From Promethearchaeota archaeon (lineage in GTDB: Archaea > Asgardarchaeota > Lokiarchaeia > Sigyniarchaeales > SOKP01), in the NCBI GenBank assembly GCA_048938445.1, contig JBHLME010000028.1:1-40484 (forward strand): a stretch of 40,484 bases of DNA, in the 5' to 3' direction. The notes beneath the pieces were generated by a model. That model saw nothing but the letters and a program-made list of their open reading frames with translations, made no database searches and was not told the origin of the DNA. Shown piece after piece: positions 26,917 to 37,051 of the stretch (within the stretch, counting starts at the first letter, position 1; each line of letters opens with the position of its first letter). Both the position numbers and the translations under genes were made by a program.

Positions 26917-27063
26917 TGAAAATCCTTTATTTAATTACCTATCGCTTTTTAATTTATTTTATCCAAAATTTAACTTATAAATAATAATGAAACTGTTAAA
27001 TTCATATAAAGATATAAAAATATTATAATAAAAAATAATTAAACATCAAAAGTTTGAGGTATC

Positions 27064-28776
27064 ATGGAATTAGATGACAATCTTATGGAAAATACCATGG
27101 TCGCATATATTTCAATGGAGATTGCGTTGGATAGTAATATTCCCACCTATAGCGGAGGTTTGGGTGTTCTTTCTGGTGATACAGTGAGATCGGCAGCAGA
27201 TTTAGAAATCCCCATGGTAGCACTATGCTTATGTTATAGTTCAGGTTATTTTTATCAACTATTTAATGAAAGTGGGGAACAAAAAGAGAAGGAGATTGAA
27301 TGGAACTTTTTTTTTGAATTTGAGAAAGTTGCGGAACCCATTTCTATGAAAATCGAAGATAAAGATGTTTTGGTTTCCGCTTGGCTTTATAAAGTTATTG
27401 GTCAATCAGGTCACATCATTCCCGTTTATTTACTTACAACCGACGTTGAAGGAAACGAGGAATGGATGAAAAAAATGACAGGTTCATTATACGATTCGAC
27501 ATCACGATGGAATAGAATAGTTCAGGAAATGATATTAGGAATAGGCGGAGTAAAATTATTAAAATCACTTGGTTATACAAATATTAAAACTATTCATCTT
27601 AATGAAGGACATGGTTCTTTCGCAGCCCTTGAATTATTACAAGAATGTGGAGGAGATATTGAAAAAGTTAAGGAAAAAGTTGTATTTACCACCCACACAC
27701 CTGTACCCGCAGGACATGATAAATTTTCATATGACTTAGTAGATAAAGTATTTCGAGACCGTATTCCTAAAAATATAAAGGATATAGCAGGTAAAGATGA
27801 ATTAAACATGACCGTATTGGCTTTAAATCTAAGTCGTTATTGTAATGGTGTTGCAAAGAAACATGGAGAAATTTCGAGAGAAATGTTTCCTAATTATGAG
27901 ATAGATCATATTACAAATGGTATTCATCTTCCATTTTGGATTTCAAAACCAATGCGTAAGATATTCAGCAGAAAATGGCCTAATTGGAGAGTAAATCCTT
28001 CCCTCCTTCAAAATGCTCTTGAATTAGATGATTTAGATGTGTTTGATGCTCATATTGCAAATAAATTTAACTTAATTAGTTATCAAAAAGGACATTCATG
28101 GAATTTACTTGATGAAGAACTCATTACAATAGGCTTTGCGCGAAGATTCGCAACTTATAAACGTGCAACTCTTCTTTTTCATGATATTGACAGATTAGGT
28201 AAAATCTGTCATGGAAGGATACAATTTATCTTTGCAGGAAAGGCCCACCCTAAAGACCAAATGGGAAAAGATTATATAAAAAAAATATTTGAATCAGGTG
28301 AATATTTGTATGACAATTATGGTGTGAAGGTCGTCCTCATGGAAAATTATAACATGGACTTGGCACACATGCTCGTGTCTGGTGTGGATATATGGCTCAA
28401 CACGCCTAACCGTTATCGTGAAGCAAGTGGAACTAGTGGGATGAAAGCAGCGTTGAATGGTGTTTTAAATCTAAGCGTATTAGATGGTTGGTGGCTTGAA
28501 GCATATAAAATGAATCCTTTAGCCGGATGGGCAATAGGATCAGATGATTCCGATCCTAAAGCTTTAGAGAACAATTGGGAAACGGATTCTAATTATATTT
28601 ATGATCTTTTAGAAAAAAAAGTAATTCCTTCTTACATGGATCATGATGATTGGATTTTCAGGCAAAAAAATGCAATATCTTTGGCCGCATTTTTTAATAC
28701 TCATAGAATGGTTGAGGAATATGCAGACAAAGCCTATGGCTTAAAAAGACAAAGACCTTGGAAATACTTGAGATAA
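27064..28776 (+). CDS. glgP: Alpha-glucan (glycogen/maltodextrin) phosphorylase
   Basis: AYISMEI, YSGGLGVLSGD, HLNEGH, FTTHTPVPAGHD, ARRFATYKRA, AGKAHPKD, EASGTSGMK (PLP Lys). Confidence 0.96.
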   Translation: MELDDNLMENTMVAYISMEIALDSNIPTYSGGLGVLSGDTVRSAADLEIPMVALCLCYSSGYFYQLFNESGEQKEKEIEWNFFFEFEKVAEPISMKIEDKDVLVSAWLYKVIGQSGHIIPVYLLTTDVEGNEEWMKKMTGSLYDSTSRWNRIVQEMILGIGGVKLLKSLGYTNIKTIHLNEGHGSFAALELLQECGGDIEKVKEKVVFTTHTPVPAGHDKFSYDLVDKVFRDRIPKNIKDIAGKDELNMTVLALNLSRYCNGVAKKHGEISREMFPNYEIDHITNGIHLPFWISKPMRKIFSRKWPNWRVNPSLLQNALELDDLDVFDAHIANKFNLISYQKGHSWNLLDEELITIGFARRFATYKRATLLFHDIDRLGKICHGRIQFIFAGKAHPKDQMGKDYIKKIFESGEYLYDNYGVKVVLMENYNMDLAHMLVSGVDIWLNTPNRYREASGTSGMKAALNGVLNLSVLDGWWLEAYKMNPLAGWAIGSDDSDPKALENNWETDSNYIYDLLEKKVIPSYMDHDDWIFRQKNAISLAAFFNTHRMVEEYADKAYGLKRQRPWKYLR

Positions 28777-28836
28777 AATCTTTTTTTCCCTTATTCCTAT
28801 ATTTTATATTTTAGTGATTTTGGTATTTTTTATTTA

Positions 28837-29334
28837 TTAAGAACCATATAATGTAAATGATCGTATCTGAATGAATTTATTAAGGTTATTTCGTTTGAAG
28901 TAATCTTCAAAAGTCTGAATGAAAATTTCTTCCATTATATTTATTCCAGAAATTAAACCTTTCATGTCTTTGGATAAAAGTAACATGTATTCTGAGGTAA
29001 TTATGATATAATAACACCCGGGTTCAATCGTTTTTCCAACACGTTGCTTTATTATATCATTTGTCTTTTCTACAAGATCTCCTTTCGTAAAGAGAATTAT
29101 TAAATAATTTTCAAAATATTCTTCTTCTAAATACGAATCTCTAATTCCAGAAGCTATTAAGGGATTCTTAGTATAAGATTTAAATATATTTTGTAGTTTC
29201 GTTAATTCTTTTCTAAATGTATTCTTATTATGATAAAAAATTAATTCTTGACTTAATTTAAATGGATCATCATCTAAATATTCAATTTTGCTTGGTGGAT
29301 TTTTAAAATCATATTTACTCAAATATTCAGCCAT
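28837..29334 (-). CDS. Stand-alone GH20 domain-2 (zincin-like fold) protein
   Basis: PPSKIEY..., GCYYIIITSEYMLLLSKDMKGLISGINIMEEIF, IQIRSFTL parallel the N-terminal domain of the GH20 at 4390..7026; no catalytic barrel. Confidence 0.6.
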   Translation of the reverse strand: MAEYLSKYDFKNPPSKIEYLDDDPFKLSQELIFYHNKNTFRKELTKLQNIFKSYTKNPLIASGIRDSYLEEEYFENYLIILFTKGDLVEKTNDIIKQRVGKTIEPGCYYIIITSEYMLLLSKDMKGLISGINIMEEIFIQTFEDYFKRNNLNKFIQIRSFTLYGS

Positions 29335-29515
29335 TTTTTGCGCCTAAAAATATTTATTTAATTAATTGTTTAATATAAGACACAATTTCTAAAAAATTTC
29401 TTGAAAATAATTTAAAATTATGGAAATGGAAAGATCATTATATTCAAGATTTTAATATTCTTTATAGAAAGTGTCATATTTTATTGATTAAAGAATATAA
29501 TGAGTGTTTTTATTG

Positions 29516-30508
29516 ATGTTTAACCTGCACAAAGACCCAAGAAGAAATATTTTTTTAGCGCCTCTACAGAACGTAACCACGGCGCCTTATCGTAATTTTT
29601 GTAGGTTATTCCATGATATTGGATTAGTAAGTGTACCAATGTTGTACATGAAAAGGATTACCAGTAATCCAAATTTTTTACAAGAGGATTTATATAAGAT
29701 AAAAGAAGAGCGTCCAATTAGCATTCAATTAATTGGAAATGATAAAGAAGCTTTAGAAAATTCAATTGAGTATCTCGAAAGTTATGAGTTTGACGTGTTA
29801 GATATAAATGCTGGTTGTCCCTCAAGAAGAGCAATCAATTCTCAATCTGGTGGATATCTGATAAAAGATTTAGAAAACCTTCAAAAACTGCTCCAAGTTG
29901 CTCTTAAAAAATCTTCAAGACCTATCTCTTTAAAAACAAGAATAGGATTTAAAAATTCGGATAATATTAAGGAAATTGCGAGTGTAATCAATGAGTCGGG
30001 AATTAATTTTATAACCGTTCATGCAAGAACTGTGAAGAATAGGTTTAATGATAATCATCTCAATCTGGAAGCCCTTAAACATTTTAAAGAAGAATTGAAT
30101 ATACCCATTATTGGTAATGGAGACATTGTTGATCCTATTACTGCAAAATATTTCTTAGATTACACTAAAGTAGATGGTTTAATGATTGGTAGAGGGTCAA
30201 TTGGAAATCCCGAGATTTTTTCTCAGATTTATGAATATATAATACATGATAAAATCAAACCAATAAATAATGATAAAATTAAAATGCAGAGTTATTTTAG
30301 ATTATATGAGAAAATGGTTGATAAATTTTTAACAGGTATTAATTTAGGATATCCTCTTGATGAATATAAATTTATTGAATTGAAGAGAAACGCAATCTGG
30401 CTAACAAGAGATATTGAGAATTCGACGCTTATTAGAAGTAAGTTAAGCAAAACGAAATCATTAAGTCAATTAAAAAATATTTTAGATAATTATTTTAAAA
30501 GTGAATAA
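29516..30508 (+). CDS. tRNA-dihydrouridine synthase family flavoprotein
   Basis: LAPLQNVT..PYR, IQLIG, DINAGCP (catalytic Cys), SLKTRIG, TVHART, IGNGDI, MIGRG..GNP. Confidence 0.92.
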   Translation: MFNLHKDPRRNIFLAPLQNVTTAPYRNFCRLFHDIGLVSVPMLYMKRITSNPNFLQEDLYKIKEERPISIQLIGNDKEALENSIEYLESYEFDVLDINAGCPSRRAINSQSGGYLIKDLENLQKLLQVALKKSSRPISLKTRIGFKNSDNIKEIASVINESGINFITVHARTVKNRFNDNHLNLEALKHFKEELNIPIIGNGDIVDPITAKYFLDYTKVDGLMIGRGSIGNPEIFSQIYEYIIHDKIKPINNDKIKMQSYFRLYEKMVDKFLTGINLGYPLDEYKFIELKRNAIWLTRDIENSTLIRSKLSKTKSLSQLKNILDNYFKSE

Positions 30509-30716
30509 AACATTTCACCTAGATTAAAAACTTAATTTCCCTTTTCAAATTATCGTCATAATTGTTTTCATTATTAAAACTAATAGTCCTTAATTGATCA
30601 CTCTTAAGATATATGACTTATTTCTCTTTTTCTCTTTAAAGTTGAAATATGTAAAAATGAAAAATATTTACAAAATAAAAGTATTAAAAAAAAAAGGAAT
30701 ATATTTTAGATCAGTC

Positions 30717-32804
30717 TCATTTAAGTTTTATACGTCTTTTTTTAGTCATTGAAATAACAAGTCCAGTAGTACTAATGGCAGCAATGCTCCCAACCACGAT
30801 TAAGGATGGAGTCAAAATATCAATACCATTGGAAATAGGATTTGGATTAGTAGCAGTATATACTCTCACCCATACTCCTCCGAGGACCGTTCTACCATAT
30901 CCATCATTGATTTCAATCGAAAAACCATGCAACCCTACTTCAAGCCCATCAACAGAAACACTGATGACCTCGCCAGAGTTGCATGATTCTCCTACAATGA
31001 TAGGCACGCCATCTTGGGTGATGGTATACGTGGGATTATTCGTGCTCTCATCTATAAATGTCCAAGAGAGCGTGTTCCCCATCTCTCCAACCACGTAAGA
31101 AATATCACTTGGGATTAAAGTAAATACAGGTGCGATGTTTGTTACAGTAACCCATATTCCTCCGAGGAGAGTTCCACCATATCCATCATTGACTTCAATC
31201 GAAAAGCCATGCACACCTAATTCAAGCTCATCAACAGAAACACTGATGACCTCGCCGGAGTTACATGGTTCTCCTACAATGATGGGCACGCTATCTCGAG
31301 TGATGGTATACGTGGGATTATTCGTGCTCTCATCTGTAAATGTCCACGAGAGCGTGTTCCCCATCTCTCCAACCACGTAAGAAATACCACTTGGGATCAT
31401 GGTAAATACAGGTGCGATGTTTGTAACAGTAATCCATACACCATCTGTAAAACGCCTACCATATTCATTATAAACCTCTAATGTTAATCCATGTGTGCCC
31501 ACGTCGAGATGGTCAATATTGACATTTATCCTATTAATAGTGGGTAATAGGTTTCCTGTTCTGATCGAGGTCCCATCTTGAAAAATGTTAAAAAGTAATG
31601 AACGAAATGCTGTATTTATAACGGTCCAATTAATAAAATGTCCCTTTTTTCCGATTTCATAAGTTAAATCATCAGGTGTGTTAAGAAAATAAATTATATT
31701 TTTCATTAAAGGTTTATTATCTTTTATATTCACTTGTGGAGGAATCGAATATGGTGTATCTCCAATTCCATCATTATTTGCATCTGTACCACTGTAATCA
31801 TCCCAAGCATTGCCAATAACACCATTGTCCCAATCATTGGGATAAAATTGAGTGTTGTATGCATTAGAACCTGAATTATTAAAACAGAAGTTTAAAAAAA
31901 TGAGATTATATCTACAACTTTGAAGCTCTATCCCCACAGAATTGGAAGATACAAGATTTTCCATTATAGTATTATTATTACAATCTTCAAGTAAAGATAA
32001 TCCATCTTGACTATTACCACTTAAGGTGTTTCCCGAGAGGGTGTTATTATCGCAATCCCTTAATAAATATATCCCGTTCTGAAGATTATCACTTGCGGTA
32101 TTTCCTAAGATGGTATTCTCATCACAATTAATATACACATATATTCCATAATCATTATTTTCGTTTGCTATATTTTTCGAGATTATATTTCTTTCACAAC
32201 CGTTTAATAACCGAATACCTCTATCTTGGGAAGGACCACACGCTATATTTTCTGAAATCGTGTTATTATTACAGTTGTTTTCTAGAATTATTCCTACCCC
32301 ACCATTACCATTAGCCGTATTTTCACTAATAGTGTTATTATGACAATTAGAGAATAACCAAATTCCCCTACCATTGGATGTGCAAGTATTCCCAGATAAA
32401 GTTCCATTACACGTACTTTCTAATCTAATTCCCGCTCCACCTCCTGCATTATAGACCGTGCAATTTCTGATGATAAAATAATCAATTTTAGAATTAACTA
32501 TATAAATTCCATACCCCGTAGGCGAACTACTTGCATCAATAGTAACATTTTCGATAACATAGGGATTACTCCACGAACCATTACCATTGCACCATTCGAA
32601 GTTTGTCGTAGCTGACCAATTACCATCAACATGTATAAAATCTAAATTCCAACTTATCGCAATTTTTACATTATAAGATTCATCATCTATTCTATAATTT
32701 TCCTCATTTGATGGATTCAATATTAGATTAGAGCAAGATAGAAGAATAATTCCTGTTAAAACTATACTAAGAAGTACAATTATAAAATTTACTTTAGATT
32801 TCAT
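30717..32804 (-). CDS. Secreted/membrane-anchored NosD-like parallel beta-helix protein with Ig-like repeats
   Basis: N-terminal signal/TM, G.GSWSNPYVIEN, multiple 'NNTISENTA..N..GI' PbH1 repeats, GNAWDDY.G.DANNDGIGDTPY, three ~94-aa repeats, C-terminal TM plus KKRR. Confidence 0.88.
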   Translation of the reverse strand: MKSKVNFIIVLLSIVLTGIILLSCSNLILNPSNEENYRIDDESYNVKIAISWNLDFIHVDGNWSATTNFEWCNGNGSWSNPYVIENVTIDASSSPTGYGIYIVNSKIDYFIIRNCTVYNAGGGAGIRLESTCNGTLSGNTCTSNGRGIWLFSNCHNNTISENTANGNGGVGIILENNCNNNTISENIACGPSQDRGIRLLNGCERNIISKNIANENNDYGIYVYINCDENTILGNTASDNLQNGIYLLRDCDNNTLSGNTLSGNSQDGLSLLEDCNNNTIMENLVSSNSVGIELQSCRYNLIFLNFCFNNSGSNAYNTQFYPNDWDNGVIGNAWDDYSGTDANNDGIGDTPYSIPPQVNIKDNKPLMKNIIYFLNTPDDLTYEIGKKGHFINWTVINTAFRSLLFNIFQDGTSIRTGNLLPTINRINVNIDHLDVGTHGLTLEVYNEYGRRFTDGVWITVTNIAPVFTMIPSGISYVVGEMGNTLSWTFTDESTNNPTYTITRDSVPIIVGEPCNSGEVISVSVDELELGVHGFSIEVNDGYGGTLLGGIWVTVTNIAPVFTLIPSDISYVVGEMGNTLSWTFIDESTNNPTYTITQDGVPIIVGESCNSGEVISVSVDGLEVGLHGFSIEINDGYGRTVLGGVWVRVYTATNPNPISNGIDILTPSLIVVGSIAAISTTGLVISMTKKRRIKLK
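30867..31430. repeat. Intragenic 282-bp tandem duplication (two near-identical Ig-like domains)
   Basis: Anchors at 30868/31150 and 31129/31411 are both offset by 282 bp; a third diverged copy precedes them in the protein. Confidence 0.93.
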
Positions 32805-33297
32805 TTTTATCCTCTTTTTGATATTTTCTTCCTTATATTTCGAATTTAATTTTATTTTAAATTTTAATACAACCCAATAAAAAACTATATTTAAAATACG
32901 AGGATCTAAATATTTACTTTTGAATTGCCCATAATCTCGTGGTTAGAATAAATTAGGTATATATTTATAACTAGTTTTAAGAGAGAATAAAAATATTACT
33001 CGATTTGTTGCTTAATGGTAATATTTATAAATATAAACGTCAATAAACGATTTAAAAAAGAACTTTAAACGTGTTCCTAATAAAATGCCCGCGAATTACT
33101 TGTCGAAAAAACCTAATCTCAAATAAGCTTATTCTATATTAAAATTTTAAAAAAACGTATTTTCAGTCATTTAAATAAAATATAGAATGAATGTCCACAA
33201 GAGGAGAGATATAAAATTACTTTCTCTTTCATGTTTTATGGTATGGAAAAATTGGTGGACCTTTAATAAAAGAAAAAAAACTTTGGATGATTTTAAT
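32802..33297. repeat. ~500-bp diverged duplicate of 34489-34987 (divergent promoter plus 5' end of regulator gene)
   Basis: Collinear shared blocks TCTTTTTGAT, GAGGATCTAAA, AATCTCGTG, ACGTCAATA, TTTAAACGTGTTCCTAATAAAATGCCCGCGAATTACTT, CTTTGGATGATTTTAAT; offset about 1690 bp. Confidence 0.92.
33085..33297 (+). pseudogene. Truncated, decayed copy of the first ~70 codons of 34775..35836
   Basis: ATG CCC GCG AAT TAC TTG TCG AAA AAA CCT AAT CTC AAA TAA (CAA>TAA at codon 14), then indels; homology ends at KTLDDFN. Confidence 0.88.
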
Positions 33298-33323
33298 CAG
33301 TATTCAACAATGTATATAAAAAA

Positions 33324-34058
33324 TCAGTAGCTCTTTTTTACCTTTAAATGATATTTATAAATGATCATTATTGAAATTACCACTAACACTGATATTAGGA
33401 GAATGGGTTCAAATCCGGGAACTTCAATATTATCTAAACTTTGATTTATTGATTCAATAGCAGGACTAAACATGGCTTTTAAAGTCTCCCAAATATTCCC
33501 AAGAATATTCGACATGGCTTGTAGTATAGCGTTACTTATCTGATCAAATATCGCTTGAAGCCCTGGTGGTATATCTATTGTAAAAGAAATCGTTCCTAAG
33601 AACAATTGAAAAAAAGTAATTAGATAGAGAGGTATCACAATTATCACAATGAACAATACAACAAAAATCATTATGGCAATTCCTTTAGCTAAATGATCTT
33701 TAATCTCTGAATCAACAATAGCTCCCTTAATAATAGTACCAATAATTAAGATTAATAAGTAGAGTCCAAAAAATAAGATCCAATAAATATCTAATGGCAG
33801 ACCTGCACTTACCATGACTATTAATGATGTTATTAAATCTGCTACTGTAACAATAATATAAAATGTTAATTTTTTGTAGCCTGGTTTCAGACTTTTCCAC
33901 TTCTCTAATTTTGATGAAAGTAAAGAGCTAGTTTCAGTTTTGTTATCGGCAACACCTGTAGAAATTGGCTTTAATGGGGCACCACAACCTTTACAATGGA
34001 TATCTTCTTTCGATACTACCACACCACAGTCTTTACATCTAATTTCTTCATAAGACAT
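33324..34058 (-). CDS. Zinc-ribbon membrane protein with C-terminal VPGF sorting-like anchor
   Basis: CKDCG...CKGCGAPL, three TM segments, C-terminal VPGFEPILLISVLVVISIMIIYKYHLKVKK; ATG 34058. Confidence 0.75.
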   Translation of the reverse strand: MSYEEIRCKDCGVVVSKEDIHCKGCGAPLKPISTGVADNKTETSSLLSSKLEKWKSLKPGYKKLTFYIIVTVADLITSLIVMVSAGLPLDIYWILFFGLYLLILIIGTIIKGAIVDSEIKDHLAKGIAIMIFVVLFIVIIVIPLYLITFFQLFLGTISFTIDIPPGLQAIFDQISNAILQAMSNILGNIWETLKAMFSPAIESINQSLDNIEVPGFEPILLISVLVVISIMIIYKYHLKVKKSY

Positions 34059-34128
34059 GGGACACACTCAATAATTTGTAAATACCTAAAGAAAAAAATT
34101 GATTAGATTTTTAAAATTAAATATTTCT

Positions 34129-34491
34129 CTATCGATGTTTGATTTTAATTTTTCGCTTCCTAATTAACATGAGAATAATCATGATTATTCCGAAAGGTAT
34201 GAAAAGTAGAAAGAAATCACCAAATGGGATTGTACTGGTCACCGCCATATATATATCCGTTGGATAATTGCTGATTGAGACTATTTGATTGATTTGGTTA
34301 ATACTATCTATATTGATCATTAAATTCTTCACGATTCCAAGTTGATTAGGAGAAACTTCCATGCTTCCTGGTATTATAGAACAGCATGTTAAGGAAATAT
34401 TCCAAATTATCATGATTAAGAAAAGCGAAATTATTACTACTTGAAAATTATTGATTTTCTTCATCATGAGTTTTATTTTAAACTCTTTCAT
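34129..34491 (-). CDS. Small exported protein with IPFG-TM-basic C-terminal anchor
   Basis: N-terminal hydrophobic segment; C-terminal TIPFGDFFLLFIPFGIIMIILMLIRKRK. Confidence 0.7.
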   Translation of the reverse strand: MKEFKIKLMMKKINNFQVVIISLFLIMIIWNISLTCCSIIPGSMEVSPNQLGIVKNLMINIDSINQINQIVSISNYPTDIYMAVTSTIPFGDFFLLFIPFGIIMIILMLIRKRKIKIKHR

Positions 34492-34774
34492 ATTATATCA
34501 TCTTTTTGATCTATTTTTCCTTTTATTTTAAATTTGATTTAATTTTAAAATTTATCACATTTTAATTCGAGAAATTTTATTTAAAACAAGAGGATCTAAA
34601 AAATTATTTTTACATAGTCCAAAATCTCGTGATGTGAATTAATCATAAATGGATTCATTACGCATTTGAAGAGACTAAAAAAATGTTATCCAAGTTTTTG
34701 GTTAAGGGTAATATATATAAATACATACGTCAATACATAATTAAAAAAAGACATTTAAACGTGTTCCTAATAAA

Positions 34775-35836
34775 ATGCCCGCGAATTACTTTTCGAAAAA
34801 ACGAAATCTCAAACAAACTTTTTCCATATCTGATAATTTAAAAAAACGTATCGACAGTTATGTTAAAAAAATGCATAATGATAATCCAGAGGATGAGAGA
34901 TATAGAAGCGTTTCCTCTTTTATATTTCATAGCATGGAAAAATTGATGGATCTTTATGAAAAGAAAAAAACTTTGGATGATTTTAATAAAGTTGTAGATT
35001 CTGAATTGGACAATATATATGATAACATAACATTTAGAGCAATAATTCCCTTATTTGAATCTATATCGGAATATAGTAAATATTATATTTCTAATTTGTT
35101 ATTAAAACCAGAATTTTTTTATAAATATACAGAGCTTTTTGTAGGTCAAGGAGTTAACGGTTTTGAAAGAATTAAAGCTTTTGGTTTACAAAATAATTTA
35201 ACTAAAGGACTAAGGTTTGATCTTTTAGGAAAAAAAATTATTTTTGAATATAGTGGGTATTATCCCAATTTACATTATAACCTATCTAAAGAGTTTGTCG
35301 CAATCATGGGTGCAATCGGTATAAGAATTACTGATATAATTTATTCGAGAGAGGATATTTATGCTCGATTTGAAGCGGAACTAACAAAATCAGCAGGAAG
35401 TAAAGATTTTAATATCGATGAGCGCTTCAAATTAATAGAACACAACCAAAAGTTTTTATGCAACTATAAACGAATTTTATCAGATGAACGACATCATTTT
35501 TGGTTAACATTATCTAAAGAGGACAATTGTTTTATAATGTTTCAAAATATGGACGAATTCAAAAGATTAATTGATGAAATATTAACCGACATAAAAGAAT
35601 ATTCAGTCCAAGAAGAAATCCCACAATATATATTGAAAGTCTTCAAAAATTTAAATTGGATACACCTTATTGAAAATCAGGATACATATTCTTTTAGATT
35701 TACCATAGATGTTGATAAATATAAGAATGAAATCACCTATTTTTTAAATTTACTACAAAATTATGCACGTGTAGAAGAATCTGGTGGCATGTATCATATC
35801 CAAAAGTATGAAGATAAAATTTATATCAATATGTAA
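34775..35836 (+). CDS. Putative transcriptional regulator with N-terminal ribbon-helix-helix-like domain
   Basis: KQTFSISDNLKKRIDSYV...YRSVSSFIFHSMEKL fits the strand-helix-helix RHH pattern; remaining ~280 aa unassigned. Confidence 0.6.
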   Translation: MPANYFSKKRNLKQTFSISDNLKKRIDSYVKKMHNDNPEDERYRSVSSFIFHSMEKLMDLYEKKKTLDDFNKVVDSELDNIYDNITFRAIIPLFESISEYSKYYISNLLLKPEFFYKYTELFVGQGVNGFERIKAFGLQNNLTKGLRFDLLGKKIIFEYSGYYPNLHYNLSKEFVAIMGAIGIRITDIIYSREDIYARFEAELTKSAGSKDFNIDERFKLIEHNQKFLCNYKRILSDERHHFWLTLSKEDNCFIMFQNMDEFKRLIDEILTDIKEYSVQEEIPQYILKVFKNLNWIHLIENQDTYSFRFTIDVDKYKNEITYFLNLLQNYARVEESGGMYHIQKYEDKIYINM

Positions 35837-36287
35837 ATAAGCATGAAATTTTAAAAGCTATAATTCCAGCAAATAATCTATTCTAATGCGATATTTTTAA
35901 TGGTTATTGTGATTGTAATATTCTCATGAACGTAGCGACATTCTGATTAAGAGAGCAAAAATTTAATAGTTAAAGAGTTAGAATTAATCGATTATAAAAA
36001 TAATCCAAATTTATTGATATAATTTTACTGAATTATTTTAAAATATTTATTCTTTATAATGTAGAATCTTGAGTTTATTATCTAATATTGCTTTTAGGTC
36101 CTATTAAACATTTTTCTAACGAAAAAGAGTTATAATTTTCCATTCAATCCTTTATATTTCTCAGATTTTTTTTTAATTTATAATATATAAAGAAATGTTC
36201 ATTAATATAATTCGAAACATTTATATATTTGATTATATATTTTTAAATTAAAGAAATATTTACATATATATAAAAAAATATAAAAAA

Positions 36288-36959
36288 ATGTCTACACTAA
36301 TCCTTTTATCTGAGGAAGAAGAAAAAGTATTCGACGCCATACAACATTATATAGAGCATAATCGTGTATTTAACTATGAAAAAATAGTTCCTTACATTAG
36401 TAATACATTTTCTCGAACAGACATTAATATCAATGAAAAGGGAATCAAATCAATCTTGGAAAGTCTGATCCAAAAAAAAATCATCATTCCAGGATCAAAA
36501 CTTACAAAAAAAATAGTCTTACATAATCCAAATAGAAAACTCATTTATGATTTCATAAAAAGAAATCCAGGTTATTATTTTCACAGATTAATTAAGACAT
36601 TAAAACTTCCAAATCACGTGATTACTTGGCATTTGGATGTGTTATTAAAGTTCGGATATATAATAAAAGCTTTTATAGACCATCATGAAGTGTATTTTCA
36701 TCCAAATGTAGATCAATCTGATTATCATGCTTTGTATGCATTATCAAAGACAAAAACACAAAAGATCTTGTCTTTCATGTATAGAAATCGTAAACCAGTA
36801 ACTAAAACAGCAATAGCTAAAAAACTTGGCATCCATTATAATACAGTTTTAAAATATATTAAAATGTTGGAAGAATTAGACTTGGTCCGAGAGGAAAAAT
36901 TAGCTCATAAAACAATATATCATTTAAGTCAGAGATTTTTTGATTTTCTTATAAAATAG
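36288..36959 (+). CDS. Tandem winged helix-turn-helix transcriptional regulator
   Basis: NPNRKLIYDFIKRNPG..FHRL...ITWHLDVLLKFGYI and VTKTAIAKKLGIHYNTVLKYIKMLEELDLV. Confidence 0.85.
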   Translation: MSTLILLSEEEEKVFDAIQHYIEHNRVFNYEKIVPYISNTFSRTDININEKGIKSILESLIQKKIIIPGSKLTKKIVLHNPNRKLIYDFIKRNPGYYFHRLIKTLKLPNHVITWHLDVLLKFGYIIKAFIDHHEVYFHPNVDQSDYHALYALSKTKTQKILSFMYRNRKPVTKTAIAKKLGIHYNTVLKYIKMLEELDLVREEKLAHKTIYHLSQRFFDFLIK

Positions 36960-37009
36960 CTTGTTTTTTTTATAAAAAAAAAAAATTTTAATAGATTTTC
37001 AATTTATTT

Positions 37010-37051
37010 TTATTTCTTCAAGAGTTCTTTATGTGTAAATATTCCATCCTA
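37010..37051 (-). pseudogene. Possible remnant of the 3' end of an mtnA copy
   Basis: Reads *DGIFTHKELLKK* versus MtnA C-terminus EDGVFTPDELLEKY, same strand, ~670 bp downstream. Confidence 0.4.
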
